Below are positions 27,423 to 38,756 of a stretch of 64,000 nt of DNA, piece by piece. Below the pieces are notes generated by a model. The model searched no databases. It saw only the letters and a list, made by a program, of their open reading frames with translations, and was not told the origin of the DNA. Position numbers and translations under genes: made by a program. Source of the DNA: an uncultured Solirubrobacterales bacterium. GTDB lineage: Bacteria > Actinomycetota > Thermoleophilia > Solirubrobacterales > Solirubrobacteraceae. The stretch is taken from NCBI GenBank assembly GCA_963839945.1, contig CAWIWW010000004.1:976218-1040217 (forward strand). Reading direction: 5' to 3'. Each line of letters begins with the position of its first letter. Position 1 is the stretch's first letter.

Positions 27423-30400
27423 TGCGGCGCGCCTTGTCGATACTCGCCGGTGTCTTGGTGCTCGTGCTGGGGGGCGCGGCGCCGGCCCTCGCCGAAACGC
27501 CCGCGCCGTGGTGGCGGGTGGGCACCGAAGTGTCCCCGAGCAACCTGCCGCCCGAACACGAAGGCGAAAAGGGCCATGAAGGGCAAGGCGACATCATCGT
27601 GGTGGCCAGCGATCTCGGCGGCGGGTCGGTCAGTGGCGCGGGTGGCCATCCGGTCGTGATCTCCGACACGCTGCCGGCGGGGTTGACGGCGACGAGCATC
27701 TCCAACCCGACAGTCAACGGGGTCCAGGCGAAATGCGTGCTCGAAACGCCCGAGCACGCCCTGTGCACCTACGCGGGCGTCCTGTATCCCTATCAACGGC
27801 TGGCGATCACGATCAAGGTGAACGTAGAAGAGCCCACCGGGACCGTCACGACGCTGCCCAACGGAGTGAGCGTGGAAGGCGGCGGCGCGGCACACGCGGC
27901 GTCCAGCATCCAGCGTGTGAGGATCAGCGGCGCGCCGACACCGTTCGGGGTGCAGGAAGACGGTTATGAACTGGCGCCATATGACGAGGACGGGACGCCG
28001 GCCACAGAGGCCGGCGCGCATCCCTTCGAGCTCACGAGCACGCTGGTTCTGAACCAGACGGGATCGGAACGCGAGCCCGTGGCGCTGCCGCGGAACCTGC
28101 GCTTCAAGCTGCCGCTCGGCCTGGTCGGTGATCCGCAGGCGACCGAGCAGTGCCCGACCTCGGACTTTTACGCGCACGCCCCGGTCTCCGAAGTGGATGA
28201 GTGTCCCCCGGGCTCGGTCGTGGGCGTGGCGATCGTGACGGTCGACGAACCCGAGGTCGCCCACGTGATCACGTTGACGGCCCCGGTGTTTAACCTGGTG
28301 CCCTCCGAAGGCGAGCCGGCGCGGTTCGGTTTCGAGGCGCTGGGGCTGGTCCCTGTCGTGATCGACACCGCTGTGAGCCCGAGTGGCGACTACGGTGTGG
28401 TGGCGAGCGTCAAGAACGCCACCGAGATCGCGGGACTGCTCTCGAGCCAGGTGACGCTGTGGGGCGTCCCCGGCGATGCTAGCCACAACCAGTCGCGCGG
28501 CTGGGAATGCGTCGACAACGGCTACCACTACGAAAAAGGCGAAGTCTCAACGCCCTGCCCCGCCTCCAGCGTCGAGCCCGAGACGCCGTTCTTGACGCTG
28601 CCCACCTCCTGTCCTGCCGACCCGTCCAGCGAACCGTTCGCGTCCACAGCACAGGCGGAATCGTGGACGGAACCGGGACACGTCGTGGAAAGCGAATACT
28701 CGTTGTCGGGTCCGCTTGAAGAACCGCTCGCCCCGGTGAACTGCAACGCGCTGCCGTTCGAACCGTCGATCGGGGTGACCCCCGAAACGCACGCCGGCAG
28801 CACCCCCACGGGGCTGGGCGTGAGCGTGAGGTTGCCGCAAACAACGACGGTGGAACCCAACCCCGAAGGCAAAGCCGAGGCCGATGTGCGCGACACCACC
28901 GTGACGCTGCCAGAAGGGGTGCAGGTCAACCCCTCCGCCGCCAACGGCCTGCAAGCCTGCTCTGAGCACGGCAGCGAAGTCGCACCGGGCATTATCGCCG
29001 GGGGGATCGGCTTCAAGGGGTTCGAGGACTTCCAGCCGGGAGCCCCGACGGCGACCTTCAGCGAAGGGTTCGACTTCACGCCGCCGGAACACCCACAAAC
29101 GGATGAAGGCTTCTGCCCCAACGGCTCCAAGCTCGGCACCGTGCACATCAAGACACCGCTCTTGCCGAAGGAACTGGAGGGCGCGATCTATCTCGCCGAA
29201 CCCGCCCCGTACGGCGAAGGCGACAAGAACCCGTTCAACTCGCTGATCGCGATGTACCTGGTCGCCGAAGACCATGAAGCTGGGATTCTGGTCAAGCTCG
29301 CCGGGGAAGGCAAACTGGAACCGGGCACGGGACGGGTCTCCACGACGTTCCAGAACACCCCGCAGCTCCCGTTCGAAGAACTGAAGGTCGAACTGTTCGG
29401 TGGACAGCGCGCGTCGCTGAGCACCCCAGCCTTCTGCGGCGCCCCCCCGGCCGTGGCGTCGTTCACGCCCTGGTCTGTTCCGCTGGGCGGCCCGGCGACG
29501 CTCGCCGGCTCCCCCAGCGGAGAATTCGACATCACCGAAGGTTGCAGCACTGGCACGCTGCCGTTCTCACCCTGGTTGCAGAAGGCCGCGACCAACGGTC
29601 AGGCGGGCGCGTTCACGCCGTTTACGCTGCAGATCGCGCGTCCCGACGGCAACCAGGCATTGAAGTCCTTCACGCTGGGGCTCCCCCCGGGCCTAGCGGC
29701 GGTCCTCGCGTCGGTGCCCCTGTGCCAGGAACCGCAGGCCGCGGAAGGAACGTGCAGTGAAGAAAGCCGGATCGGCGAATCGCTCGCGAGTTCTGGTGTG
29801 GGCAGCGAACCGTACGGGCTCCCCGGCAAGGTGTACCTGACAGGCCCCTACGGGAGCGCGCCGTTCGGACTCTCCTCGGTCACGCCGCTCGAACATGTGG
29901 GTCCGTTCGACCTCGGCAGGATCGTGGTGCGCTCGGGCATTACGATCAACCCGAACACTGCGGCGGCGAGCATCGACACCGCCGCGAGCACGCTGATCAG
30001 CCCGACAGGCGCCACGGAATCCTTCGTGGGCCTGCCGGAAATGATCAAAGGGATCCCCTCCCAGATCAAACAATTGACCGTGAGCGTGAACCGCTCGGGC
30101 TTTACGTTCAACCCCACCAACTGCTCGGCGATGAGCATCACAGCGACCCTGGACGGGTGGCAGGGCGCGAGCAGCGAAGCCTCCCAGCCCTTCCAGGCCT
30201 CGAACTGCGCGAGCCTGCCGTTCAAGCCGACCCTCACAGCCTCGGTGGGCGGTCACGCCAGCAAAGCAAACGGCACGAACCTCAACGTGACGGTCACCTC
30301 TGCCGGGGTGGGACAAGCGAACATCAAGAAAGTGGACCTCCAGTTCCCCAAGGCGCTCTCCTCCCGCTTGACGACGCTGCAGAAGGCGTGCACCGAAGCG

Positions 30401-31099
30401 GCGTTCAACACCAACCCCGCCTCCTGTGATCCGGACTCGGTGATCGGGCACGCCACCGTGCAGACCCCGATCCTGAAGAACCCCCTGACCGGTCCCGCCT
30501 ACCTCGTCAGCCACGGCAACGCGGCCTTCCCCGACGTCGAGTTCGTGCTCCAGGGCGAAGGCGTGGAGATCCTCCTGGACGGCAAGACCGACATCAAGGA
30601 AGGCATCACCTACTCCAAGTTCGAAACAGCCCCCGACGCGCCGTTCACGACCTTCGAAACGGAACTGCCGTCCGGTCCGGACTCGATCTTCACCGCGAAC
30701 GTGCCCGAAAAGGAAGACTTCAATCTGTGCAAGGCCAGTCTTGAAATGCCGACACGGATCGTCGCTCAGGACAGCGCCGTGCTCGAACCGACAACGAAGA
30801 TCGTCGCGCAGGGTTGCGGTGAAGTCAAGAGCTCGAAAGTCAAGAAGCTCTCGCTCGCACAACGGTTGAAGCAGGCCCTTGCACAGTGCCGCAAGCGCTA
30901 CAAGCACTCCAAGTCCAAGCGCGCGAAGTGCGAAAGCTCAGCGCACGCGCGCTACACGAGCCTCGCGCTCGCCGCGTGCCGCAAGCAGGACAAGCATGCC
31001 AAGAAGCGGCGCGTGGCGTGCGAAAGCCTTGCGCGACGGCGCTACGGCGCTCACGCGGCTTCGCGCGGCACGGGCAAGACGGCTCGCCGTCATGGTTGA
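27422..31099 (+). CDS. Large secreted multidomain beta-rich protein with a tandem basic C-terminal module
   Basis: Signal peptide (…APALA), VISDTLPAGLT (DUF11-like), repeated C..LPF.P domain starts; 1-nt overlap with the upstream gene. Confidence 0.85.
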   Translation: MRRALSILAGVLVLVLGGAAPALAETPAPWWRVGTEVSPSNLPPEHEGEKGHEGQGDIIVVASDLGGGSVSGAGGHPVVISDTLPAGLTATSISNPTVNGVQAKCVLETPEHALCTYAGVLYPYQRLAITIKVNVEEPTGTVTTLPNGVSVEGGGAAHAASSIQRVRISGAPTPFGVQEDGYELAPYDEDGTPATEAGAHPFELTSTLVLNQTGSEREPVALPRNLRFKLPLGLVGDPQATEQCPTSDFYAHAPVSEVDECPPGSVVGVAIVTVDEPEVAHVITLTAPVFNLVPSEGEPARFGFEALGLVPVVIDTAVSPSGDYGVVASVKNATEIAGLLSSQVTLWGVPGDASHNQSRGWECVDNGYHYEKGEVSTPCPASSVEPETPFLTLPTSCPADPSSEPFASTAQAESWTEPGHVVESEYSLSGPLEEPLAPVNCNALPFEPSIGVTPETHAGSTPTGLGVSVRLPQTTTVEPNPEGKAEADVRDTTVTLPEGVQVNPSAANGLQACSEHGSEVAPGIIAGGIGFKGFEDFQPGAPTATFSEGFDFTPPEHPQTDEGFCPNGSKLGTVHIKTPLLPKELEGAIYLAEPAPYGEGDKNPFNSLIAMYLVAEDHEAGILVKLAGEGKLEPGTGRVSTTFQNTPQLPFEELKVELFGGQRASLSTPAFCGAPPAVASFTPWSVPLGGPATLAGSPSGEFDITEGCSTGTLPFSPWLQKAATNGQAGAFTPFTLQIARPDGNQALKSFTLGLPPGLAAVLASVPLCQEPQAAEGTCSEESRIGESLASSGVGSEPYGLPGKVYLTGPYGSAPFGLSSVTPLEHVGPFDLGRIVVRSGITINPNTAAASIDTAASTLISPTGATESFVGLPEMIKGIPSQIKQLTVSVNRSGFTFNPTNCSAMSITATLDGWQGASSEASQPFQASNCASLPFKPTLTASVGGHASKANGTNLNVTVTSAGVGQANIKKVDLQFPKALSSRLTTLQKACTEAAFNTNPASCDPDSVIGHATVQTPILKNPLTGPAYLVSHGNAAFPDVEFVLQGEGVEILLDGKTDIKEGITYSKFETAPDAPFTTFETELPSGPDSIFTANVPEKEDFNLCKASLEMPTRIVAQDSAVLEPTTKIVAQGCGEVKSSKVKKLSLAQRLKQALAQCRKRYKHSKSKRAKCESSAHARYTSLALAACRKQDKHAKKRRVACESLARRRYGAHAASRGTGKTARRHG

Positions 31100-31100
31100 C

Positions 31101-31871
31101 ATGAGCGGTAGCGGTCGTATCGCGCGTGCGTGTACGGGTGCTCCGTTCGGACCGGTTGCGGTCCTCGCCGTGATCGCCGTTGTGCTCGGCGGTTGCGGCT
31201 CCTCCGAAGACATCGCCTCGAAATCCCCCGCGGCGATCCTCGCCGCGAGCCGGACGGCGGCGCAGAAGGCGAGCGCGGTGCACGTCAAGAGCCAGTTCTA
31301 CATCACCACGACCACGAGGAGCAAGGCGAAGGGCAAGCCCAAGACCAAGCTCGTGCCCGCGAGTACGATCGAACTGCAGCTCACCAGCAACGGCGGTCGC
31401 GCGCGACTCGTGTCTCTCGGCGGCGAAAGCGAAGCGATCAGGGTCGGGAGCACCCTCTATGTCAAGGGCGGCCCCGCCCTGTACAGGAATCTGGCACGAC
31501 GCACCGGGGTACACGTGGCGCCTGGCACATGGTTGAAGGCGCCCGCCAACGGCGGGCGGCTCGCCGAATCCGCGGCGCTCACCGAACCGGGCGGCGAGCT
31601 CACCCTGCTGCTGGCAAGTCCCACGCTCTCGCTGACCAAGGGCGCCACCACCACGATCAAAGGGCAGAAGGCGATCGAATTGAAAACCAGGGGCAAGCTC
31701 TACACCGGCGCGATCTACATTGCCGCGACCGGCACGCCCCATCCGATCGAGATCGTCCAGCACGGCCGAGAGACCAGCCAGACCACCTTCACCGGCTGGA
31801 ACGACCCCGTCACGCTCACCGCCCCCGCCGGCGCGGTCGAACTGAGCAAGCTCGAACACAAGGCGCACTGA
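31101..31871 (+). CDS. Lipoprotein (LppX/LprAFG/LolA-like fold possible)
   Basis: Hydrophobic leader with lipobox LGG-C, then KSPAAILAAS..AA..ASAVHV and a C-terminal TFTGWNDPVTLTAP. Confidence 0.75.
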   Translation: MSGSGRIARACTGAPFGPVAVLAVIAVVLGGCGSSEDIASKSPAAILAASRTAAQKASAVHVKSQFYITTTTRSKAKGKPKTKLVPASTIELQLTSNGGRARLVSLGGESEAIRVGSTLYVKGGPALYRNLARRTGVHVAPGTWLKAPANGGRLAESAALTEPGGELTLLLASPTLSLTKGATTTIKGQKAIELKTRGKLYTGAIYIAATGTPHPIEIVQHGRETSQTTFTGWNDPVTLTAPAGAVELSKLEHKAH

Positions 31872-31985
31872 GATGAGCCATCGCCGTTCTCACAAAGCTT
31901 GAGCGTCGTCCAGGAAGGACGGCGCCCGGGGATGCCTCGGCCATCCGGACTCCCTCTCCGTCTAGGCCGAGGACACCCGCAGCAC

Positions 31986-32023
31986 GGGGCGTGGTCCCTT
32001 TCCCCTCGAAGGGGCCACGCCCC
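31986..32023. terminator. GC-rich hairpin between convergent genes
   Basis: GGGGCGTGGTCCCTT...AAGGGGCCACGCCCC. Confidence 0.5.
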
Positions 32024-32057
32024 AATCGCCACGCCCCCGATCAGAGGGGATGAGAGA

Positions 32058-32579
32058 TTAGGGCCAGTCGATCTGCTCGGCCAGCTGGTCTGGGCCGAGG
32101 TCGATCAGGCCGCTGCGCTCGATCGCGTGGTACTCGCCATCCCGGAGTGCAAACCAGTGCACCCGATGCTCTTTTCGATCGACGATCAAGACCTCGTCAA
32201 CGTCATGGGCGGCGTAGAACTCGAACTTCTCCCACGACTTGTCCGCCGGCGAGACCACCTCGATCACGAGCGCGGCGGTCGTCTGATAGACGCCCCGAGG
32301 CAGCGTCCGGTGCAGGCCGCCGTCGGGCACGCGGTAGTTGTCTTTGCCGTCCCCCAGCCCGAACTCGTTGACGACCGGCACGAGACCGGCCTGACGCGCC
32401 AGCGGGTCGAGCAAGACGGCGAGTTGCTGAAGGATGTACTGGTGCTCGGCCGCGGGCGGTGGGTTCATGTGCAGCACACCGTCCCACACCTCGTCGTAGT
32501 GGTCCAGGTCGAGGCGACGCCGATACTCGATCAGCGCGTCGATCTCGGTCGGAGCGGGGTCCATCACCAGCGTGGGCAT
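32058..32579 (-). CDS. Uma2 family (PD-(D/E)XK) endonuclease
   Basis: EVWDG, HQ, RVPDG, LVIEVVSP, K..FYA, EVLIVD. Confidence 0.9.
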   Translation of the reverse strand: MPTLVMDPAPTEIDALIEYRRRLDLDHYDEVWDGVLHMNPPPAAEHQYILQQLAVLLDPLARQAGLVPVVNEFGLGDGKDNYRVPDGGLHRTLPRGVYQTTAALVIEVVSPADKSWEKFEFYAAHDVDEVLIVDRKEHRVHWFALRDGEYHAIERSGLIDLGPDQLAEQIDWP

Positions 32580-32676
32580 TGCACAAGGATAGCGGCGCGC
32601 AGCCGATCTGAGCGCCCGGCAGGCTTGAACCCGATCGACCCGCTGCAGGCGCCCGCCCACTATTGTCGTGGGCGGT

Positions 32677-33615
32677 ATGCCCCGAATCCCGATCAACATT
32701 TCAGAGCTGGTGGGCGACACGCCGCTCGTCGGGCTGCCCCAGCTGCTGGAGGGGCCCGCGGCGCAGAACGGCGTGCAGCTGTTCGCCAAGCTGGAGTCCC
32801 AGAATCCCGGCGGGTCGGTCAAGGACCGCATCGGCGTGGCGATGATCGAGGCCGCGGAGGCCGAGGGCTCGATCGAGCCGGGGCGCACGACGATCGTGGA
32901 GGCGACCAGCGGCAACACCGGCATCGCGCTCGCGTTCGTGTGCGCCGCCCGCGGCTATGAGCTGGTGCTGACGCTCCCGCAGGGCATGTCCCGCGAGCGC
33001 GAGAGCCTGCTGAGGCTGTACGGGGCGCAGGTGAGCATCACCGAGTCTCTCGGCGGCATGGGCGAGGCGGTGGCCGCCGCGCGCGCGATGGCGTCAGAGC
33101 CCGACGTGTTCCTGCCCGACCAGTTCTCCAACCCCGCCAACCCGGCGATCCACCGGCGCACGACCGGCCCGGAGATCGAGCGCGCGCTGGACGGGCGCCT
33201 CGACGTGCTCGTCGCCGGCGTCGGCACGGGCGGCACGATCACCGGCGCTGGCGGATACCTGCGCGAGCGCAACCCTCACCTGCGCATCGTCGCGGTGGAG
33301 CCGCGCGGCTCGGCCGTGCTGTCTGGCGGCGCTCCCGGCCCGCACCGCATCCAGGGCATCGGCGCGGGCTTCGTGCCCGCGGTGCTCGATCGCGGGCTGA
33401 TCGACGAGGTGATCGCCGTCTCCGACGACGACGCGATCCACACCGCCTGGGCCTGCGCCCGGCGCGCGGGCGTGCTCGCCGGGATCTCCTGCGGCGCCGC
33501 GCTGTGGGGCGCGCTGCAGGTGGCGGCCCGGGCGGAGTCTGCGGGCAAGCAGATCGTCGTGATCATGCCCGACTCGGGCGAGCGCTACATCTCGCAGACC
33601 TTCTTTTCACCCTGA
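32677..33615 (+). CDS. cysK: Cysteine synthase A
   Basis: KLESQNPGGSVKDRIG, EATSGNTG, GVGTGGT, HRIQGIG, PDSGERY. Confidence 0.97.
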   Translation: MPRIPINISELVGDTPLVGLPQLLEGPAAQNGVQLFAKLESQNPGGSVKDRIGVAMIEAAEAEGSIEPGRTTIVEATSGNTGIALAFVCAARGYELVLTLPQGMSRERESLLRLYGAQVSITESLGGMGEAVAAARAMASEPDVFLPDQFSNPANPAIHRRTTGPEIERALDGRLDVLVAGVGTGGTITGAGGYLRERNPHLRIVAVEPRGSAVLSGGAPGPHRIQGIGAGFVPAVLDRGLIDEVIAVSDDDAIHTAWACARRAGVLAGISCGAALWGALQVAARAESAGKQIVVIMPDSGERYISQTFFSP

Positions 33616-33659
33616 CGGTTTCGCCCCGACAGGCGATGGGGCGGCGCTACGCTGTTCGC

Positions 33660-34415
33660 ATGTCCGAGCACGGTGCGTTCGCATCCTTGGCGCAAGAGCT
33701 GCGTCGCGACATCGTCGCCGCGCGCGACCGCGATCCCGCGGCACGCGGTGTTACAGATGCCGAGATCCTCGCAACCTGGCCCGGCATCCACGCGCTGCTG
33801 GCCCATCGCGTCGCCCACGCGCTGCACGAGGCGGGCGTGCCGCTGCTGCCACGCGCGATCGCGCTGCTCTCACGCGCGCTGACCGGCATCGAGATCCATC
33901 CCGCCGCGCGCATCGGCACGGGCCTGTTCATCGACCACGGCGCCGGCGTCGTGGTCGGCGAGACCGCCGACATCGGCGAGAACGTGACGCTCTATCAGGG
34001 GGTCACGCTCGGCGGCACCGGCTTCGCCACGGGCAAGCGCCATCCCACCGTGCAGGACAACGTCACGATCGGCTCCGGCGCGAAGCTGTTGGGGCCGATC
34101 ACGATCGGCCACGGCGCCAAGATCGGCGCCAACAGCGTGGTCATCACCGACGTGCCGCCGAACTGCACCGTCGTCGGCAACCCCGGCCATCCCGTGCGCG
34201 TGGACGGCCGGCGCGTCGAGGGCCCCGACGCCGACTGGATCCACCTGCCCGACCCGATCGCCGAGGCGATCCAGGGCCTGGTCGCCCGCATCGGCGCGCT
34301 GGAACAGACGGTCGCCGAGCTCTCCGGCCAGGCGGGGCGGGAGGGCTCCTATACCCCGGTGGCCGAGGTCACGCCGCTGCGCACCGTTCGCGGGCCGAAC
34401 CCGGCCGGGGGGTAG
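33660..34415 (+). CDS. cysE: Serine O-acetyltransferase
   Basis: RDPAA, TGIEIHPAA, FIDHG, VTLGGTG, KRHPT. Confidence 0.96.
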   Translation: MSEHGAFASLAQELRRDIVAARDRDPAARGVTDAEILATWPGIHALLAHRVAHALHEAGVPLLPRAIALLSRALTGIEIHPAARIGTGLFIDHGAGVVVGETADIGENVTLYQGVTLGGTGFATGKRHPTVQDNVTIGSGAKLLGPITIGHGAKIGANSVVITDVPPNCTVVGNPGHPVRVDGRRVEGPDADWIHLPDPIAEAIQGLVARIGALEQTVAELSGQAGREGSYTPVAEVTPLRTVRGPNPAGG

Positions 34416-34507
34416 GCGGCCAGCTCGCGGCGCTGCCTCCAAGACGATCTGCGGTTCGAGCTGTCTGCGGTCCGGTCGGGTGCAAAGGTGACCGCTCAGA
34501 GAAGGGG

Positions 34508-34672
34508 TCAGGCGCGGTCGAGTCGGAACAGTTTGTTGACGAAGCGGTAGACGAACTCCGGGAACGCTGGACCGCTGGGTATGCGCATCGGCTTGAGCGG
34601 CGGCAGTGGGGGCGTCTGAGTGCTCTCCGTAGTGGCGTTCTGTGCGTCTGCGGGGGGGTTGGTTGCGGACAT
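34508..34672 (-). CDS. Small hypothetical protein, 54 aa
   Basis: MSATNPPADAQNATTESTQTPPLPPLKPMRIPSGPAFPEFVYRFVNKLFRLDRA, starting 22 nt after the upstream membrane ORF. Confidence 0.4.
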   Translation of the reverse strand: MSATNPPADAQNATTESTQTPPLPPLKPMRIPSGPAFPEFVYRFVNKLFRLDRA

Positions 34673-34694
34673 AAGGTCTCAGTGTACTCCCGAT

Positions 34695-35171
34695 TCAGGG
34701 GTTGTGGGCGAGGATCAGCAGCACGCTCAGCAGGAGCAGGGCGATCGCGCCGGTGACGAGGTAGCCCTTGAGATACAGGATCCTGGCGTTCGCGTCGAGT
34801 GCGTCGGCGAGGTTCTCGACGATCATCCAGCGCAGCGCTTCGTCTGCGCTGTCCGCCCGGGTCGGGAGCAGCGCCTCGGCGTCGTCGAGCAGGCTGCTCA
34901 GCGTACTGCCGTACTTCGGCGGCGTCACGATCACCGCCGTGATCGCGACAAACGCGGAAGCCGCGAGGACGACGACCGGCGCAAGCCACGGCGTAAGCAC
35001 TACGAGCGTGCCTCCGAGGGCGAGGTCGGCGGCAAGAACGCCGAGCGCCTGCGCATCGAGGCCGCCGGCGAGGGTCGCTTGGATTGTGAGCTGGCCCAGT
35101 CCGACCTCGCGGAGCGGGTCAAGCGCGGCGCCGGTGGAGACGGCCGGGGTCGTCGAGACGCGACGTTTGGG
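34695..35171 (-). CDS. Probable 3-TM membrane protein, true start missing or frameshifted
   Basis: Frame is open from 35171 (…LREVGLGQLTIQATLAGGLDAQALGVLAADLALGGTLVV…) but has no ATG/GTG/TTG before 35000. Confidence 0.55.
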   Translation of the reverse strand, partial: PKRRVSTTPAVSTGAALDPLREVGLGQLTIQATLAGGLDAQALGVLAADLALGGTLVVLTPWLAPVVVLAASAFVAITAVIVTPPKYGSTLSSLLDDAEALLPTRADSADEALRWMIVENLADALDANARILYLKGYLVTGAIALLLLSVLLILAHNP

Positions 35172-35392
35172 TCAGTTCGGCCATCGCATTGGCCTTGCGT
35201 ATAGCGTTGGCTGTGGCAGATCGCTTGTGAGGTGCATGTCTGGCTCCGTTCAGTCGTGAAAGGGCTTCCCTGTCTTCCTATTCCGACAGTGGAGCCGAAA
35301 CGGGACATGTGCGCGAGGTCGCAAAAGGGCGTTTCAATGAACGGCGCCGGGCATGGGAGCGCCCGGTGCCATCTGAAAAAGGAGCGAGGACG

Positions 35393-35704
35393 ATGACATC
35401 ACCCATCAAGAGCCGCCGCCGCACGCGCCGCCGCTGCGCTGAGTGCGAGCGTAGTGGCAGGACCGGTGCAAGGGTCACCGGAGCGCAGGCGGGCGGCGCC
35501 GCGTCGCTGGGCGCATTCGCTGTCGGAGCCCTCGCGCTGGGCAGCGGCGCGATCGGCGCGCTGGCGATCGGCAGGCTGGCCATCAGGCGCGCCAGGATCG
35601 GAAGCCTGCGCGTGGAGGATTTGAGCGTCGGGCGACTGACTGTCGAGGAGCTGTCGGTCGTGCGCCGGGAGCCAGGTGCGCCAGGCGAGGGCGGGGGTTC
35701 CTAG
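35393..35704 (+). CDS. Small protein with GAxAxG repeats
   Basis: AAGGAG RBS; GAFAVGALALGSGAIGALAIGRLAIRRARIGSLRVEDLSV. Confidence 0.7.
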   Translation: MTSPIKSRRRTRRRCAECERSGRTGARVTGAQAGGAASLGAFAVGALALGSGAIGALAIGRLAIRRARIGSLRVEDLSVGRLTVEELSVVRREPGAPGEGGGS

Positions 35705-35769
35705 CACAGGTCTTGCCGGGGTGGGGGACGCTGGCGTGCCCGCCGAGCGCGCATCTATCCTGAGGCGGG

Positions 35770-38220
<2,451 letters not shown>

Positions 38221-38230
38221 AGCCTGGCTG

Positions 38231-38413
38231 TCACGCGTCGCGGCGCTTGTGTATGCGTGGGGGCAGGTCGAAGTGGCGGTACAGGCAGATCGTGACTGCA
38301 ACCGCAAGGAACAGATACGCCGTCCAGAACGGGGCGCCGAGCGCAAAGGCACCGATCATGATCAGGCCTATGACGATCGTGATGGCGAAGTCGTAACGGT
38401 CGACGTCGGTCAT
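38231..38413 (-). CDS. Small 2-TM membrane protein
   Basis: 60 aa with two hydrophobic segments; ATGA overlap with the upstream ORF. Confidence 0.6.
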   Translation of the reverse strand: MTDVDRYDFAITIVIGLIMIGAFALGAPFWTAYLFLAVAVTICLYRHFDLPPRIHKRRDA

Positions 38414-38679
38414 GAGACCAGCCTAGTCGCGAAGACGATGAACGTCAAGAAGCCCAGTGTGGCGCCAAGGGCGAAGCCCGCGCCGATACCGCGGTTGATG
38501 AGGTCGGCGCGTATGTCTGCGCGGGTGCTGTCGAGCGCCATCAGCGCGGCCGGCAGTCCGCCGCCGAGGGCGGTGCCGCCGCCCAGCAAGGTCGCCCATG
38601 CCAACAGCCCGTTGACCACCGCAGTTCCGAACGAGGGATTGGACTCGCAGAAGACGCGGATGGTGGCGCTGAAGAACAT
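38410..38679 (-). CDS. Small 2-TM membrane protein
   Basis: 89 aa with Gly-rich hydrophobic segments. Confidence 0.55.
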   Translation of the reverse strand: MFFSATIRVFCESNPSFGTAVVNGLLAWATLLGGGTALGGGLPAALMALDSTRADIRADLINRGIGAGFALGATLGFLTFIVFATRLVS

Positions 38680-38756
38680 CCCTACTGCCTCTTCCGACCG
38701 TCAACCCCAAACGGGACACCGACACCCGGTCGTCGCGAGCCCTACGATCCCGACCG

